Assembly (NCBI GenBank): GCA_017994115.1
Contig: JAGOLK010000004.1
Span: 213-64,212, forward strand
Source of the DNA: Clostridia bacterium
GTDB taxonomy: Bacteria > Bacillota > Clostridia > Lutisporales > Lutisporaceae
Length of the DNA: 64,000 bases
Direction: 5' to 3'
The notes under the pieces are model-generated. The model was not told where the DNA came from and did no database searches. It saw only the letters and a program-made list of their open reading frames with translations. Positions 47,827 through 57,926 of this stretch are shown here, piece by piece (position 1 is the stretch's first letter; the number at the start of each line of letters is the position of its first letter). Both the position numbers and the translations under genes were made by a program.

Positions 47827-48516
47827 CTAGAACAGTCCTTTTTCTTTCATGCTGATATATTTGCCGTCTCCTATGATAATATGGTCAACCAATTCAATAC
47901 CGATAAGCTTCCCGGCTTCAGCAATCCTTGCGGTTATTGATATGTCTTCGCTGCTGGGAGACGGGTCACCGCTGGGATGATTATGCACCATGATTATACT
48001 GGCGCTTGATTTCCTTATCGCCGGGTTAAAAACCTCCCGCGGATGCACAATGGAAGCATTCAAGCTTCCTACTGAAATTTCCTCCACTGATATCAGATTG
48101 CATTTCACATTAAGCAATACAAGCTTCATGTGTTCCTTCTTGAGATATCTCATCTCTTCCATAAGCAAGCCTGCAACATCCTGGGGGCATTTCAGCGGCT
48201 TGTCCGCGCCGGGCTCAAAAGCTGCCAGGCGTTTGCCCAGCTCTATCGCTGCCTTGATCTGGGCAGCTTTTGCTTTCCCGATTCCATTGATAGAACTCAG
48301 CTGTTCCACATTACTGTCTGCCAGGTATCTCAGCCCCTGTTCCTGTACCAGTATTCTATGGGCCAAAGATATTGCACTTTCCTCCTTGGTCCCGGTCCGG
48401 AGCAATATGGCCAGAAGCTCTGCATTGGAAAGTACTGAAGCCCCGTGTCTTGCGAGGCGCTCTCTGGGCCTTTCCTCCTCCGGAAGATTTTTTATTGTGG
48501 CATGGCCTTTCCGCAT
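47827..48516 (-). CDS. radC: RadC family (JAMM/MPN) protein
   Basis: A helix-hairpin-helix region and the JAMM motif HNHPSGDPSPS. Confidence 0.85.
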   Translation of the reverse strand: MRKGHATIKNLPEEERPRERLARHGASVLSNAELLAILLRTGTKEESAISLAHRILVQEQGLRYLADSNVEQLSSINGIGKAKAAQIKAAIELGKRLAAFEPGADKPLKCPQDVAGLLMEEMRYLKKEHMKLVLLNVKCNLISVEEISVGSLNASIVHPREVFNPAIRKSSASIIMVHNHPSGDPSPSSEDISITARIAEAGKLIGIELVDHIIIGDGKYISMKEKGLF

Positions 48517-48572
48517 CCTTTACTCCTCCAGGGTATAATTAAATCCTCCAGGGTATTATCAAATCATGCAGG

Positions 48573-49142
48573 CTAAATAAGCATCACTCCGAAGTGCTCC
48601 AGCATCTTTCTCAGCCGGAATATCGGAAGCCCTACGACATTGAAATAATCACCCTGAATTCCTTCAACAAATAGTGAACCCAATCCCTGTATAGCATATG
48701 CTCCTGCTTTGTCTTCAGGTTCACCGGTGTTTATGTATGCTGTTATCTCATCCCTGCTCAATTCCTTGATTTTTACCTTTGTGCTCTCATGCTCAGTCAG
48801 GCTTTCTCCTGTTGCAGTATTTATAATGCTGATGCCTGATATCACAAGGTGCTGCTTCCCGCTAAGCTTTGTCAGCATGCAGAAAGCTTCCTCCCTGTTT
48901 CTTGGCTTTCCCATTATTTCATCACAATATACAATTGTGTCTGAACCGATTACCAATGCATCTCCCTTTATAGACTTCGCCACATCCTTTGCTTTCATAT
49001 AAGCAAAATGTTCAACCAGTTTTGAAGCCGGCAATTCTACTGTACTTTCTTCAAAGCTTGATGGTATGACCTCAAACTTAATGCCTGTCTGAGACAGCAG
49101 TTCTTTCCGCCTTGGGGAATTTGAAGCCAGTATTATTCTCAT
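48573..49142 (-). CDS. maf: Maf-like nucleoside triphosphate pyrophosphatase
   Basis: The start is MRIILASNSPRRKELL, after AGGTGAG, with GAYAIQG near the C-terminus. Confidence 0.85.
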   Translation of the reverse strand: MRIILASNSPRRKELLSQTGIKFEVIPSSFEESTVELPASKLVEHFAYMKAKDVAKSIKGDALVIGSDTIVYCDEIMGKPRNREEAFCMLTKLSGKQHLVISGISIINTATGESLTEHESTKVKIKELSRDEITAYINTGEPEDKAGAYAIQGLGSLFVEGIQGDYFNVVGLPIFRLRKMLEHFGVMLI

Positions 49143-49170
49143 TAATCTCACCTGTACAATATGTTTTACA

Positions 49171-49455
49171 CTAGAGCCTTCTGTATATATAAATTGCAAT
49201 CACAATTCCCAGTATGCTGAACATATTTATATTGAAGTCAAGACCAAAGGTAAGTCTTAGTACGTGGAAATTCCACTCATGGGCGGAAACCCCCAGGTTG
49301 TATCCATACTTAAGTATCGGAAAATATTTCCCCAGCAGTTCACCCAAAAAACCGCCCACGACCAATCCGCATACAACCATCAGAAGCATTATCCACCCGC
49401 TTCTGCCGCTTTCTCTCCTCAACACATTCATCTCCTTTATAATTAACTTCTGCAT
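49171..49455 (-). CDS. Small membrane protein (DUF4321-like), start uncertain
   Basis: A two-transmembrane-helix protein upstream of maf, an arrangement common in Clostridia. Candidate starts lie between 49455 and 49425. Confidence 0.55.
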   Translation of the reverse strand: MQKLIIKEMNVLRRESGRSGWIMLLMVVCGLVVGGFLGELLGKYFPILKYGYNLGVSAHEWNFHVLRLTFGLDFNINMFSILGIVIAIYIYRRL

Positions 49456-49589
49456 ATGTCAGCAATACGTGAATTCCTTATGTTTTAGTTTAACATTTTA
49501 AATACCGGACTTCAACTTTTTTGGAATTCATTTGACATCTAATATCGACATTTTATATAATTCGTACAGCTAAGAAAAAAAATGGGGTA

Positions 49590-49628
49590 AAAAAGAATGC
49601 AAAGCAAAGGCCGCCATTTATGGCGACC
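49590..49628 (-). terminator. Terminator after rnfB
   Basis: On the minus strand, GGUCGCCAU AA AUGGCGGCC is followed by a U-rich tail. Confidence 0.6.
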
Positions 49629-49647
49629 CTATTTATGCATTATTCTT

Positions 49648-50634
49648 TTATTTCATTTCAATGGCATCCTTGGGGCACTTGGCAAAGCATTGACCGCAGC
49701 CTACGCATTTATCATCCAGCACCTTATGCTTACCCTTCAGTTCTCCCTCAATTGCCTCAAAATTGCAATTCTTCGAACAGATTGTACAGCCTATGCATTT
49801 GTCTTCAATAATAAAGGCTTTTTTTCTGTCTGCAAAGTTGGCATATATGGTTTTTGTAGGACATACTTCAGCGCACATCATACAATTGACACACTTGCTG
49901 TAATCTATCTTCGCAACATTGTTTTCAACCTTTATTGCATCAAATTTGCATGCTTTCACACATTTTTGGCAAGCAATGCAGCCGACTTTGCAGGCTTGCA
50001 TCGTAGCTTTGCCTTTATCCTGATTCCTGCAAAGCACTCTTACCTTCTTTGATACAGGAACCAGTTCGATAATCCCCTTAGGGCATACCGCTATGCACTT
50101 TTTGCAGGCAGTACATTTTTCTTCATCAACTACAGCAATACCGTTAACTATATGAATAGCATCAAAGGGACATTCCCTTACACAGGTGCCAAGTCCGGTA
50201 CAGCCATACCGGCAGCTTTTGGAACCCCCTGCAAGCATTTCTGCCGCCTTGCAATCCTTTATACCCTGATATTCATACTTTTCTGCTGCATTGTTACTGT
50301 CACCGCAGCAGATTACTCTTGCTACCTGACGTTCAGCGGAACTTGCTTCAACGCCCATAATCACCGCAAGTTTTGCTGCAAGCTCAGCTCCTCCTACAGG
50401 GCATTGGGAAATCGGCGCATTTCCGCTTGCAATAGCCTCGGCCAATGCATCGCAGCCGGCAAACCCGCATCCGCCGCAGTTGGCACCAGGTAAAACATCT
50501 CTGACTTCTGTAACCTTGGGATTAACCTCAACAGCAAACTTCTGTGATGCATAAGCCAGTACTATGCCGAAAAAAACTGCCAGACCTCCCAGTACTATTA
50601 CAGGCAAGCCTATACTATTAAACAAGGTAATCAC
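49648..50634 (-). CDS. rnfB: Rnf complex subunit B (polyferredoxin type)
   Basis: An N-terminal transmembrane helix, a CxxCGxxGC cluster, then multiple CxxCxxCxxxCP 4Fe-4S motifs. Confidence 0.85.
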   Translation of the reverse strand: MITLFNSIGLPVIVLGGLAVFFGIVLAYASQKFAVEVNPKVTEVRDVLPGANCGGCGFAGCDALAEAIASGNAPISQCPVGGAELAAKLAVIMGVEASSAERQVARVICCGDSNNAAEKYEYQGIKDCKAAEMLAGGSKSCRYGCTGLGTCVRECPFDAIHIVNGIAVVDEEKCTACKKCIAVCPKGIIELVPVSKKVRVLCRNQDKGKATMQACKVGCIACQKCVKACKFDAIKVENNVAKIDYSKCVNCMMCAEVCPTKTIYANFADRKKAFIIEDKCIGCTICSKNCNFEAIEGELKGKHKVLDDKCVGCGQCFAKCPKDAIEMK

Positions 50635-50657
50635 CTCTACTTTCTTCTAAACTAATA

Positions 50658-51242
50658 CTAAAGCAGTCCGCTGAATAAACCGCTGAATCCAAGAAAGGCT
50701 ATGGAGAATAAGCTGGCCGCTATCATTGCTATCGGGAACCCATCAAGAGCTTTTGGTGTAGGCGCCAAATCAAGTCTTTCCCTGACACCGGCAAAAAGTA
50801 TAATAGCAAGTGCAAAACCCAGGCCTCCGCCTACTCCGTTAATCAATGACTCAATCAGATTATAGCTTTTATTTATATTCAGTATAGCAACACCCAGCAC
50901 TGCACAGTTGGTGGTAATAAGCGGCAAATATATGCCCAATGCCTGATATAGCGTGGGGCTTGTCTTCTTAATTACCATTTCAACAAACTGTACAAGGCCT
51001 GCTATAACAAGTATAAAAGCTATAGTCTGCAAATATCCTATACCCATAGGATCAAGTATAAATATCTGTACTGCCCAGCATATTACTGATGCCAAGCCCA
51101 TTACAAAAGTAACAGCCACACTCATTCCTACCGCTGTATCTATCTTCTTCGACACCCCCAAGAACGGGCATATACCCAAGAACTGGGAGAGGATAAAGTT
51201 GTTTATAAATATCGCACTGACCAGAATTAATGCTATTTTCAT
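50658..51242 (-). CDS. rnfA: Rnf complex subunit A
   Basis: A 194 aa RnfA/NqrE-type membrane protein. Confidence 0.9.
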   Translation of the reverse strand: MKIALILVSAIFINNFILSQFLGICPFLGVSKKIDTAVGMSVAVTFVMGLASVICWAVQIFILDPMGIGYLQTIAFILVIAGLVQFVEMVIKKTSPTLYQALGIYLPLITTNCAVLGVAILNINKSYNLIESLINGVGGGLGFALAIILFAGVRERLDLAPTPKALDGFPIAMIAASLFSIAFLGFSGLFSGLL

Positions 51243-51256
51243 CTGTATCTCCCTCC

Positions 51257-51853
51257 TTAACCCTTTCTCAGACTGGTGATTTTGTTAAATGCAGCAATTG
51301 TAAGTCCAAATACAAGGAAGCCCCCCGGAGGCAGTATCGCTATCAAAGCCGGTTCAAAACCTGCACCGAAAAGCTGTATTCCGAAGAATGTACCTGCACC
51401 CACTACTTCTCTGATTGCGCTTATTATTGTGATAGCTACTGTAAATCCGAGTCCCATTCCTAAACCATCCATAATGGAATTCAAAGGCGGATTCTTAACC
51501 GCAAAGGCTTCCGCCCTTGCAATGATTATACAGTTAACAACAATAAGAGGAATATATAGCCCCAGGGATTTATCCAGTGCAGGTGAATATGCCTGTATGA
51601 CCATCTGCACTATCGTAGTAAACGTAGCGATTACTATAACAAATATAGGAATCCTGACCTCATTGGGTGTTGCCTTTTTAATAAGCGATATTATAAGGTT
51701 AGAACCTACAAGAACTGCAGTTGCAGCTATTCCCATACCTATACCGTTAAACACGGCTGTGGTAATTGCAAGAGTAGGGCATGTTCCGAGTACCAACCTA
51801 AATGTCGGATTCTCTTTTATTAAACCATTATTAAAATCCTTCCAAAGATTCAT
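51257..51853 (-). CDS. rnfE: Rnf complex subunit E
   Basis: A 198 aa RnfE/NqrD-type membrane protein (LGTCPTLA). Confidence 0.9.
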   Translation of the reverse strand: MNLWKDFNNGLIKENPTFRLVLGTCPTLAITTAVFNGIGMGIAATAVLVGSNLIISLIKKATPNEVRIPIFVIVIATFTTIVQMVIQAYSPALDKSLGLYIPLIVVNCIIIARAEAFAVKNPPLNSIMDGLGMGLGFTVAITIISAIREVVGAGTFFGIQLFGAGFEPALIAILPPGGFLVFGLTIAAFNKITSLRKG

Positions 51854-51880
51854 TTTTTCACCTCCAAATTTTTTTAGTAA

Positions 51881-52465
51881 TTACTTACCTGACAATTCCC
51901 TTGCCGCATCCAAGGCTTGGTTAACTCCTTCAGCTACTGCCTTTGATGTAATTGTCGCACCTGATATTGCGGCAATTTCATTATCCTTTGGAGTACCGCT
52001 CTTTATAACATTGATTGGGCTCTCCCATGTCTTACCGCTGAACTGTTCCTGGAACTTTGGAGTCTCTGATTTTTTCCCAAGTCCCGGAGTTTCAGTATTG
52101 TTTCCGACCTTAATTCCCTGCAGGCTGCCATCGGTAGTTATGCCTACTACTACATCTATAGCCCCGCCGTAACCCTTTGGCGCTGCTTGGACTGCATAAC
52201 CCACAACATTTCCTCCGGCCTTGGCGACATATATTGCTTTTATATAGTTATACTTTTCATTAGATGCAATTGTTGAAAATGTGCTGTCATCCAGTTTCTC
52301 AAATTCATCAGCCTCCGGAAGCACGGCTTTTTTTGCTTCGTTATTTGCTATTATCTGTTGTTCCTGGATTCTTTCAAAAGTTGCCGCATTCGTAAAACCT
52401 AAGGCCGCAGCAGCAACAGCGCATACTATAAACAGTATGCCGGCCAGTCTAATATAGTCACGCAC
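51881..52465 (-). CDS. rnfG: Rnf complex subunit G (FMN-binding)
   Basis: An N-terminal anchor and an FMN-attachment region (ISGATITS). Confidence 0.85.
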   Translation of the reverse strand: MRDYIRLAGILFIVCAVAAAALGFTNAATFERIQEQQIIANNEAKKAVLPEADEFEKLDDSTFSTIASNEKYNYIKAIYVAKAGGNVVGYAVQAAPKGYGGAIDVVVGITTDGSLQGIKVGNNTETPGLGKKSETPKFQEQFSGKTWESPINVIKSGTPKDNEIAAISGATITSKAVAEGVNQALDAARELSGK

Positions 52466-53411
52466 TTTTCTTCACCTCCCCGAATTTTCTGGGCATTGTA
52501 TATTTGTCAATAAGAGGTGTTGCAACATTCATGATAAGTATTGAATAAGATACTCCTTCCGGATAGCCTCCATAGAATCTTATTAATGAAGTCAGAAAAC
52601 CGCAGCCGATGGCAAAAATTATCTGGCCCTTTGGAGACATCGGAGACGTTGAATAATCCGTAGCCATGAATATCGCACCGAGGAATAGTCCTCCGGCTAA
52701 TATATTATAAATCATTGTATCCGCATCAAAACCGCCGAACAAGAATGAAAGTACCGCCACTGTTGCTATATATACCAACGGTATTCTGTAGCTGATTACT
52801 CTTCTGTACAAAAGATAAGCTCCCCCGATAATAAGCGCCAGCACAGATGTTTCACCGATACATCCGCCTATATTGCCGATAAACATGTCCCATAAACCGG
52901 GAAGTGCTTGTCCAGCTGCTTCACCGCCTTTTAAAATTGCAAGGGGTGTTGCTGTTGAAACGGCGTCCGCACCGGGTGCAACCCAGCCCGTCATTCTTAC
53001 AGGCCATGAAGCGAGAAGCATCGCTCTCGCCGCCAAAGCAGGGTTTATAAAATTATAGCCCAATCCTCCAAAGCACTGCTTGGCTATAGCTATTGCAAAT
53101 ATCGAGCCAACGGCAACCATCCAAAGAGGAAGTGTAACAGGCACGTTGAAAGCAATTAGTATACCGGTAACTACAGCACTCAAATCATTAACGGTAACAG
53201 GCTTTCCCAATATCTTCTGCATAACGGCTTCAGTTGCCACAGCAAAAGCCACAGCAACAGCCGTAAGAGTTAATGCGTTTAATCCAAAGTAAAATACACC
53301 GGCCAAAAGCGCAGGCATAAGTGCAATTATCACATCCAGCATAATCTTCTGGGTGGTCTCTCCGGATCTTATATGCGGTGATGATGATACTAAAAATCTG
53401 CTATTTTCCAT
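52458..53411 (-). CDS. rnfD: Rnf complex subunit D
   Basis: An NqrB/RnfD-type membrane protein. The start is at MENSRF, after GGGAGGGG. Confidence 0.9.
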   Translation of the reverse strand: MENSRFLVSSSPHIRSGETTQKIMLDVIIALMPALLAGVFYFGLNALTLTAVAVAFAVATEAVMQKILGKPVTVNDLSAVVTGILIAFNVPVTLPLWMVAVGSIFAIAIAKQCFGGLGYNFINPALAARAMLLASWPVRMTGWVAPGADAVSTATPLAILKGGEAAGQALPGLWDMFIGNIGGCIGETSVLALIIGGAYLLYRRVISYRIPLVYIATVAVLSFLFGGFDADTMIYNILAGGLFLGAIFMATDYSTSPMSPKGQIIFAIGCGFLTSLIRFYGGYPEGVSYSILIMNVATPLIDKYTMPRKFGEVKKSA

Positions 53412-53425
53412 TTCTTCCCCTCCCA

Positions 53426-54772
53426 TCACTTAGACTGGGCTTTTTTACGCCTAGCCAGTATTTCGCGTTTTGATACCCTAATTGAATCAACAAGAGGCCT
53501 CTTAGCAGGGCATACAAAAGAACAGGATCCGCATTCAATACAATCCATAGCATTTAACGCTTCAGCCTCATCATGCCTGTTGGCAAGCGAGTACATGCTT
53601 ATATTCACAGGCATAAGGTTTATCGGACATGTTTCAACACATTTGCCGCACTTTATGCAGTTGGAAGGTTCAGGCAGCCTTGCTTCCTCTTCAGAAAGCA
53701 CCAGTATACCGGATGTGCCCTTTATTGCCGGTATATCCAGTGAAAACTGGGTTATACCCATCATTGGCCCCCCTGCAATAACCTTCCCAACCTTGCCCTT
53801 AAGCCCTCCGCATTGTTCTATTATATCCTTGAAAGATGTTCCTATCTTGACTAAAAGATTCTTGGGGTTATTTACCCCTGCTCCTGTAACAGTCACTATC
53901 CTTTCTATCAAAGGCATACCTGTCTTTATAGCTGTTGCAACTGCCGCCGCAGTTCCTACGTTGTTAACTACAACTCCGGCATCAGCCGGCAGCCCCCCGG
54001 AGGGAACCTCTCGGCCGGTGCATGCATAAATAAGCTGCTTTTCAGCCCCTTGAGGATATTTGGTCTTAAGTGCCACTACTTCAATATCCTCAATTCCCCT
54101 GGCTGCTTCATAAACCTTCTCTATTGCATCAGGCTTGTTAGTCTCTATACCAATGTATCCTTTTTTAACTCCCAGGGCTTTCATCAGTGCCTGCAGCCCA
54201 AATACCACATTTTCAGGATGTTCAAGCATCAGCCTGTGGTCTGAAGTCAGATAAGGTTCACATTCAGCACCGTTTAATATTACTGTATCCACATTTTTGT
54301 CCGGCGGCGGAGCAAGCTTGACATGGGTTGGGAAAGTAGCTCCTCCCATACCGACTATACCTGCTTCTTTTATTATGTTCTTTATATCCTCAGCTGAAAG
54401 ATTTGAAATATCTCCTTTGGGAACCACCTGATCCGAAGTGGTGTTCTGCATGTCATTCTCAATTACTATGCAGGGCACAGCCATTCCTCCCGAATACAGC
54501 CTCGGCTCTACTGCTGCAACCTTTCCCGATACACTGGAATGCACCGGGACTGATACAAATCCTTTAGCCTCCCCTATTTTCTGTCCTACCTTCACCTCAT
54601 CACCGACCTGCACAATAGGCTCACAAGGAGCACCTATATGCTGCTGCATGGGGATTACAACAACCTTAGGTTCATTGGCTCTCTCTATCGGCAGGCTTTC
54701 AGTTGCCTTCTTACTGTGTGGTGGATGGGTTCCGCCCTTAAATGTCAGTGTTCTTATATTCAATTTGCTCAC
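53426..54772 (-). CDS. rnfC: Rnf complex subunit C
   Basis: An NADH/FMN-binding fold (GMGGATFPT) and two C-terminal 4Fe-4S motifs (CIKCGKCVETCP, CIECGSCSFVCP). Confidence 0.9.
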   Translation of the reverse strand: MSKLNIRTLTFKGGTHPPHSKKATESLPIERANEPKVVVIPMQQHIGAPCEPIVQVGDEVKVGQKIGEAKGFVSVPVHSSVSGKVAAVEPRLYSGGMAVPCIVIENDMQNTTSDQVVPKGDISNLSAEDIKNIIKEAGIVGMGGATFPTHVKLAPPPDKNVDTVILNGAECEPYLTSDHRLMLEHPENVVFGLQALMKALGVKKGYIGIETNKPDAIEKVYEAARGIEDIEVVALKTKYPQGAEKQLIYACTGREVPSGGLPADAGVVVNNVGTAAAVATAIKTGMPLIERIVTVTGAGVNNPKNLLVKIGTSFKDIIEQCGGLKGKVGKVIAGGPMMGITQFSLDIPAIKGTSGILVLSEEEARLPEPSNCIKCGKCVETCPINLMPVNISMYSLANRHDEAEALNAMDCIECGSCSFVCPAKRPLVDSIRVSKREILARRKKAQSK

Positions 54773-54964
54773 CCCTTAATTTATATAAATAAGTAAATCC
54801 CAGCATTGAGACCTAATAAACTCACAATTAGTATCTATTCGACGCGTGTATACAAAATCCTTTAGCTATATTTTTTTTTGCTCGATATTCTTTTAACATT
54901 TTCTGAATATGTTCTTCCGCTAATATTATTCACCAATCCGGCAATACTATTTCTGAGGTGAAGA

Positions 54965-55099
54965 ATGCCTGGTGAACACCAGACATATTATAATATAGCA
55001 AAGCTGGTTGAAAAGTCAAAGGAAATTTGTCGAGAAAATTCCAAGGAATATATGATTATTGATATTGATGAAAAAGGCCGCCTCAGCGTTTTCAACTAA
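54965..55099 (+). CDS. Possible 44 aa hypothetical protein
   Basis: The ATG lies 5 nt after GAGGTG. Translation is MPGEHQTYYNIAKLVEKSKEICRENSKEYMIIDIDEKGRLSVFN. The 3' end lies inside the opposing terminator. There is no family recognition. Confidence 0.25.
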   Translation: MPGEHQTYYNIAKLVEKSKEICRENSKEYMIIDIDEKGRLSVFN

Positions 55100-55106
55100 G
55101 ACAGCC
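55068..55106 (-). terminator. Terminator after the NuoF-like gene
   Basis: On the minus strand, GGCUGUCUUAG UUGAAAACG CUGAGGCGGCC forms an 11-bp stem that needs three G-U pairs. It is valid only on the minus strand and is followed by UUUUU. Confidence 0.6.
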
Positions 55107-55138
55107 TTTTTGAAGCTTTTTTGTTTTTTAACTTTTCT

Positions 55139-56932
55139 CTATTTCCTTATTATTGCCTTGAATGGGCACTTCTGCATACAAACTCCGCATTTTATGCACT
55201 TGCTGGAATCAATGGTATAGGGAGTCTTTGGCTGGCCTGAGATACACTGCTGCGGACAATTTTTGGCACATATTCCGCAACCCTTGCACTTATCGGCTAT
55301 AATAAAGTAATTCAGCAGTTCCTTACATACTCCCGCCGGACATTTCTTATCCTTAATGTGTGCTTCATACTCGTTTCTGAAATATTTTATTGTTGAAAGT
55401 ACAGGGTTCGGAGCTGTCTGTCCCAATCCGCAGAGAGCCGAATTCTTGATGTTTTTTGCAAGATTTTCAAGCTTATCTATATCGCCTTCTTCACCTTTGC
55501 CTTCAGTTATTCTCTCGAGGATTTCCAGCATTCTCTTGGTACCTTCACGGCACGGCGTGCACTTTCCGCAGGATTCATCAACTATGAAATCCATGAAGAA
55601 CCTTGCAATATCAACCATACAATTGTCTTCATCCATAACAATCATACCGCCGGAGCCTATAATGGAACCTAATGCAGCAAGACTTTCATAGTCAATAGGT
55701 GAGTCAAGGTGTTCTTCAGGAATACAACCGCCTGAAGGGCCGCCTGTCTGAACAGCTTTGAATTTCTTTCCGTTGGGGCAGCCTCCGCCTATTTCATATA
55801 TTACATCTCTCAATGTTGTTCCCATAGGTATTTCAACAAGACCTGTATTGTTTATTTTGCCGCCAAGTGCGAATACTTTTGTGCCCTTGGATTTTTCCGT
55901 ACCCATGCTGGCAAACCATTCAGGCCCTTTGTTGAATATTACAGGTATGTTTGCATAGGTTTCAACATTGTTAAGTATTGTAGGCTTTGCAAACAATCCT
56001 TTATTTGCAGGGAACGGAGGCCTTGGCCTTGGCATACCTCTCTGTCCTTCAATCGAAGCTATAAGAGCTGTTTCTTCGCCGCATACAAAGGCTCCTGCTC
56101 CAAGCCTCAGCTCAATATCAAATTTAAAACTTGTTCCCATTATATTATCTCCAAGCAGACCATACTGCCTTGCCTGGCCTATTGCTATTCCGAGACGTTT
56201 AACAGCTATCGGATATTCCGCCCTGCAGTAAATATACCCTTGGCTGGCACCAATAGCATAACCGGCAATAGTCATAGCTTCAAGTATTGAGTGAGGATCT
56301 CCTTCCAGAACGCTTCTGTCCATGAACGCACCCGGGTCTCCTTCGTCAGCATTGCAAAGAACATATTTCTGGTCATTTACTGATTTTGATGCAAAATCCC
56401 ACTTCATTCCGGTAGGGAAGCCGGCACCGCCTCTTCCTCTAAGCCCGGATTTCTTAACTACATCAATTACTTCCGCCGGTGTCATTTCCGTAAGTACCTT
56501 TTGAAGAGCCTTGTAACCGTCAAAAGCTATATATTCATCTATGTTCTCCGGGTTAATTATACCGCAGTTCCTTAATGCAACTCTAACCTGCTTCTTGAAG
56601 AAATCAACTTCTTCAAGTGCTTTCAGCCTGTTTTCTTCAACTGACTCTGCATAAAGCAGCCTCTTCACAACTCTGCCCTTTACCAGATGCTCCTTTACAA
56701 TTTCCTCTACATCTTCAGGTTTAACCATACTGTAGAAAGAAGCTTCCGGATAAACAATAACTACCGGGCCCAGTGCACAAAGTCCAAAACAGCCTGTTCT
56801 TTCCACAACAACTTCTTTTTCAAGCCCATGCTTCTTTATTTCATCTTCAAAGTTCTTTGCTATCTGTTCAGAATTTGAGGAAGTACAGCCAGTACCTCTG
56901 CAAATCATGACATGAGAACGATACATCTCCAT
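55139..56932 (-). CDS. NuoF-like NADH-binding flavoprotein (HydB/HndC type)
   Basis: An N-terminal thioredoxin-like 2Fe-2S domain, an FMN/NADH site (GRGGAGFPTGMKW), a SLBB domain, a 4Fe-4S site (CGKCTPCREG) and two C-terminal ferredoxin motifs. Confidence 0.85.
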   Translation of the reverse strand: MEMYRSHVMICRGTGCTSSNSEQIAKNFEDEIKKHGLEKEVVVERTGCFGLCALGPVVIVYPEASFYSMVKPEDVEEIVKEHLVKGRVVKRLLYAESVEENRLKALEEVDFFKKQVRVALRNCGIINPENIDEYIAFDGYKALQKVLTEMTPAEVIDVVKKSGLRGRGGAGFPTGMKWDFASKSVNDQKYVLCNADEGDPGAFMDRSVLEGDPHSILEAMTIAGYAIGASQGYIYCRAEYPIAVKRLGIAIGQARQYGLLGDNIMGTSFKFDIELRLGAGAFVCGEETALIASIEGQRGMPRPRPPFPANKGLFAKPTILNNVETYANIPVIFNKGPEWFASMGTEKSKGTKVFALGGKINNTGLVEIPMGTTLRDVIYEIGGGCPNGKKFKAVQTGGPSGGCIPEEHLDSPIDYESLAALGSIIGSGGMIVMDEDNCMVDIARFFMDFIVDESCGKCTPCREGTKRMLEILERITEGKGEEGDIDKLENLAKNIKNSALCGLGQTAPNPVLSTIKYFRNEYEAHIKDKKCPAGVCKELLNYFIIADKCKGCGICAKNCPQQCISGQPKTPYTIDSSKCIKCGVCMQKCPFKAIIRK

Positions 56933-56985
56933 TAATATTACCTCCTACAGATTACTATATTCCTTTCTGTCCCTCAAGCCTTCCT

Positions 56986-57354
56986 TTATTTACTTTCAGC
57001 ACCGATTGTATATCCCTCAACAACCTTGCCCTTCATAATATGTTCATTGACTATTCTAATGGCCTTTGATGGATTTACCTTAACATAAGTAACCTTCTCC
57101 TCGCCGGGTTTATATACTTCTACTATAGGCTCAAGCCTGCACATGCCTATACAGCCTGTCTGGGCAACTACCACATCCGACAGATCGTGTTTTTTTATTT
57201 CGTCCATTATTGTCAGAAGTACCGGTCTTGCTCCTGCAGCAATACCGCAGGTTGCCATACCGACAACTATTCTGGTGCCGGATCTATCTTTTCTGATATT
57301 GATCGTATCCAGGGTTTTCTTTCTGATTTCTTCCAATTCCTGAATTGTTTTCAT
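56986..57354 (-). CDS. Thioredoxin-like [2Fe-2S] ferredoxin domain protein (HndB/HydD-like)
   Basis: The start is MKTIQELEEIRKK, 6 nt after GGAGGTG. Cys residues are in MATCGIAAG and GCIGMC. Confidence 0.75.
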   Translation of the reverse strand: MKTIQELEEIRKKTLDTINIRKDRSGTRIVVGMATCGIAAGARPVLLTIMDEIKKHDLSDVVVAQTGCIGMCRLEPIVEVYKPGEEKVTYVKVNPSKAIRIVNEHIMKGKVVEGYTIGAESK

Positions 57355-57355
57355 C

Positions 57356-57919
57356 TTACACACCTCCGCGTATATTCTTTAAACCTTCATTAATATAATC
57401 CTTAATCCACATCAGAACCTCGGGTTCCCCCAAGTTAACATCATTACCCAAAGCAGTTCTGATCTCCCTTGTATCCAGGCAAAAATCCCTTCCATCAACA
57501 ATGTGCCTGTATACAAAATCAACAACTCTATTAACATCAGATCCTGCAAGAATTAGACTCAACATGGTTTCAGCCATATTTCCCATTGGAGCCCTGTCTA
57601 TATGGCTATGTTTGAATACAGCTGTAAGCTGCGTTCCCACATTTTTTTCCGATTCTATGACAAGATCCCCTTCACATCTCCTGCATGCTGCCTGCATAAG
57701 AGGTATCCCCAATCCTACCTTTCTGCTTGTCCTTGTAGTTACAAAGGGATCCATTACCTTCACAAGAAAATCCTTATCCATTCCCTTACCGTTGTCATTT
57801 ATACAGATAGTTAGTCGATCCGCTTTTGTATCTTCTTCCACTGAAATCTCCACAAGGCTGGCTCCTGCTGAAATCGAATTCTGGGACAAATCAAGGATAT
57901 GCAGTGATAAATCCTTCAT
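57356..57919 (-). CDS. Stand-alone GHKL (histidine kinase-like) ATPase domain protein
   Basis: HILDLSQNSISAG, DNGKGM, GLGIPL. No DHp/His-box region is present. Confidence 0.7.
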   Translation of the reverse strand: MKDLSLHILDLSQNSISAGASLVEISVEEDTKADRLTICINDNGKGMDKDFLVKVMDPFVTTRTSRKVGLGIPLMQAACRRCEGDLVIESEKNVGTQLTAVFKHSHIDRAPMGNMAETMLSLILAGSDVNRVVDFVYRHIVDGRDFCLDTREIRTALGNDVNLGEPEVLMWIKDYINEGLKNIRGGV

Positions 57920-57926
57920 CCTGATA

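Noticed and set aside
48524-48556. 13-nt direct repeat TCCTCCAGGGTAT occurring twice, 20 nt apart, between maf and radC
   Set aside because: The proximal copy is simply the radC RBS region (GGAGGA on the minus strand). A single short duplication is not evidence of a functional element.
51276-52172. 298 aa plus-strand ORF
   Set aside because: It lies antisense across rnfE and rnfG. This is a typical shadow ORF of membrane-protein genes.
54800-54830. Rex-like inverted repeat TTGAGA-N10-TCACAA upstream of rnfC
   Set aside because: The arms match only 5 of 6-7 positions and the spacing differs from the canonical Rex box. It cannot be supported without a position weight matrix scan.
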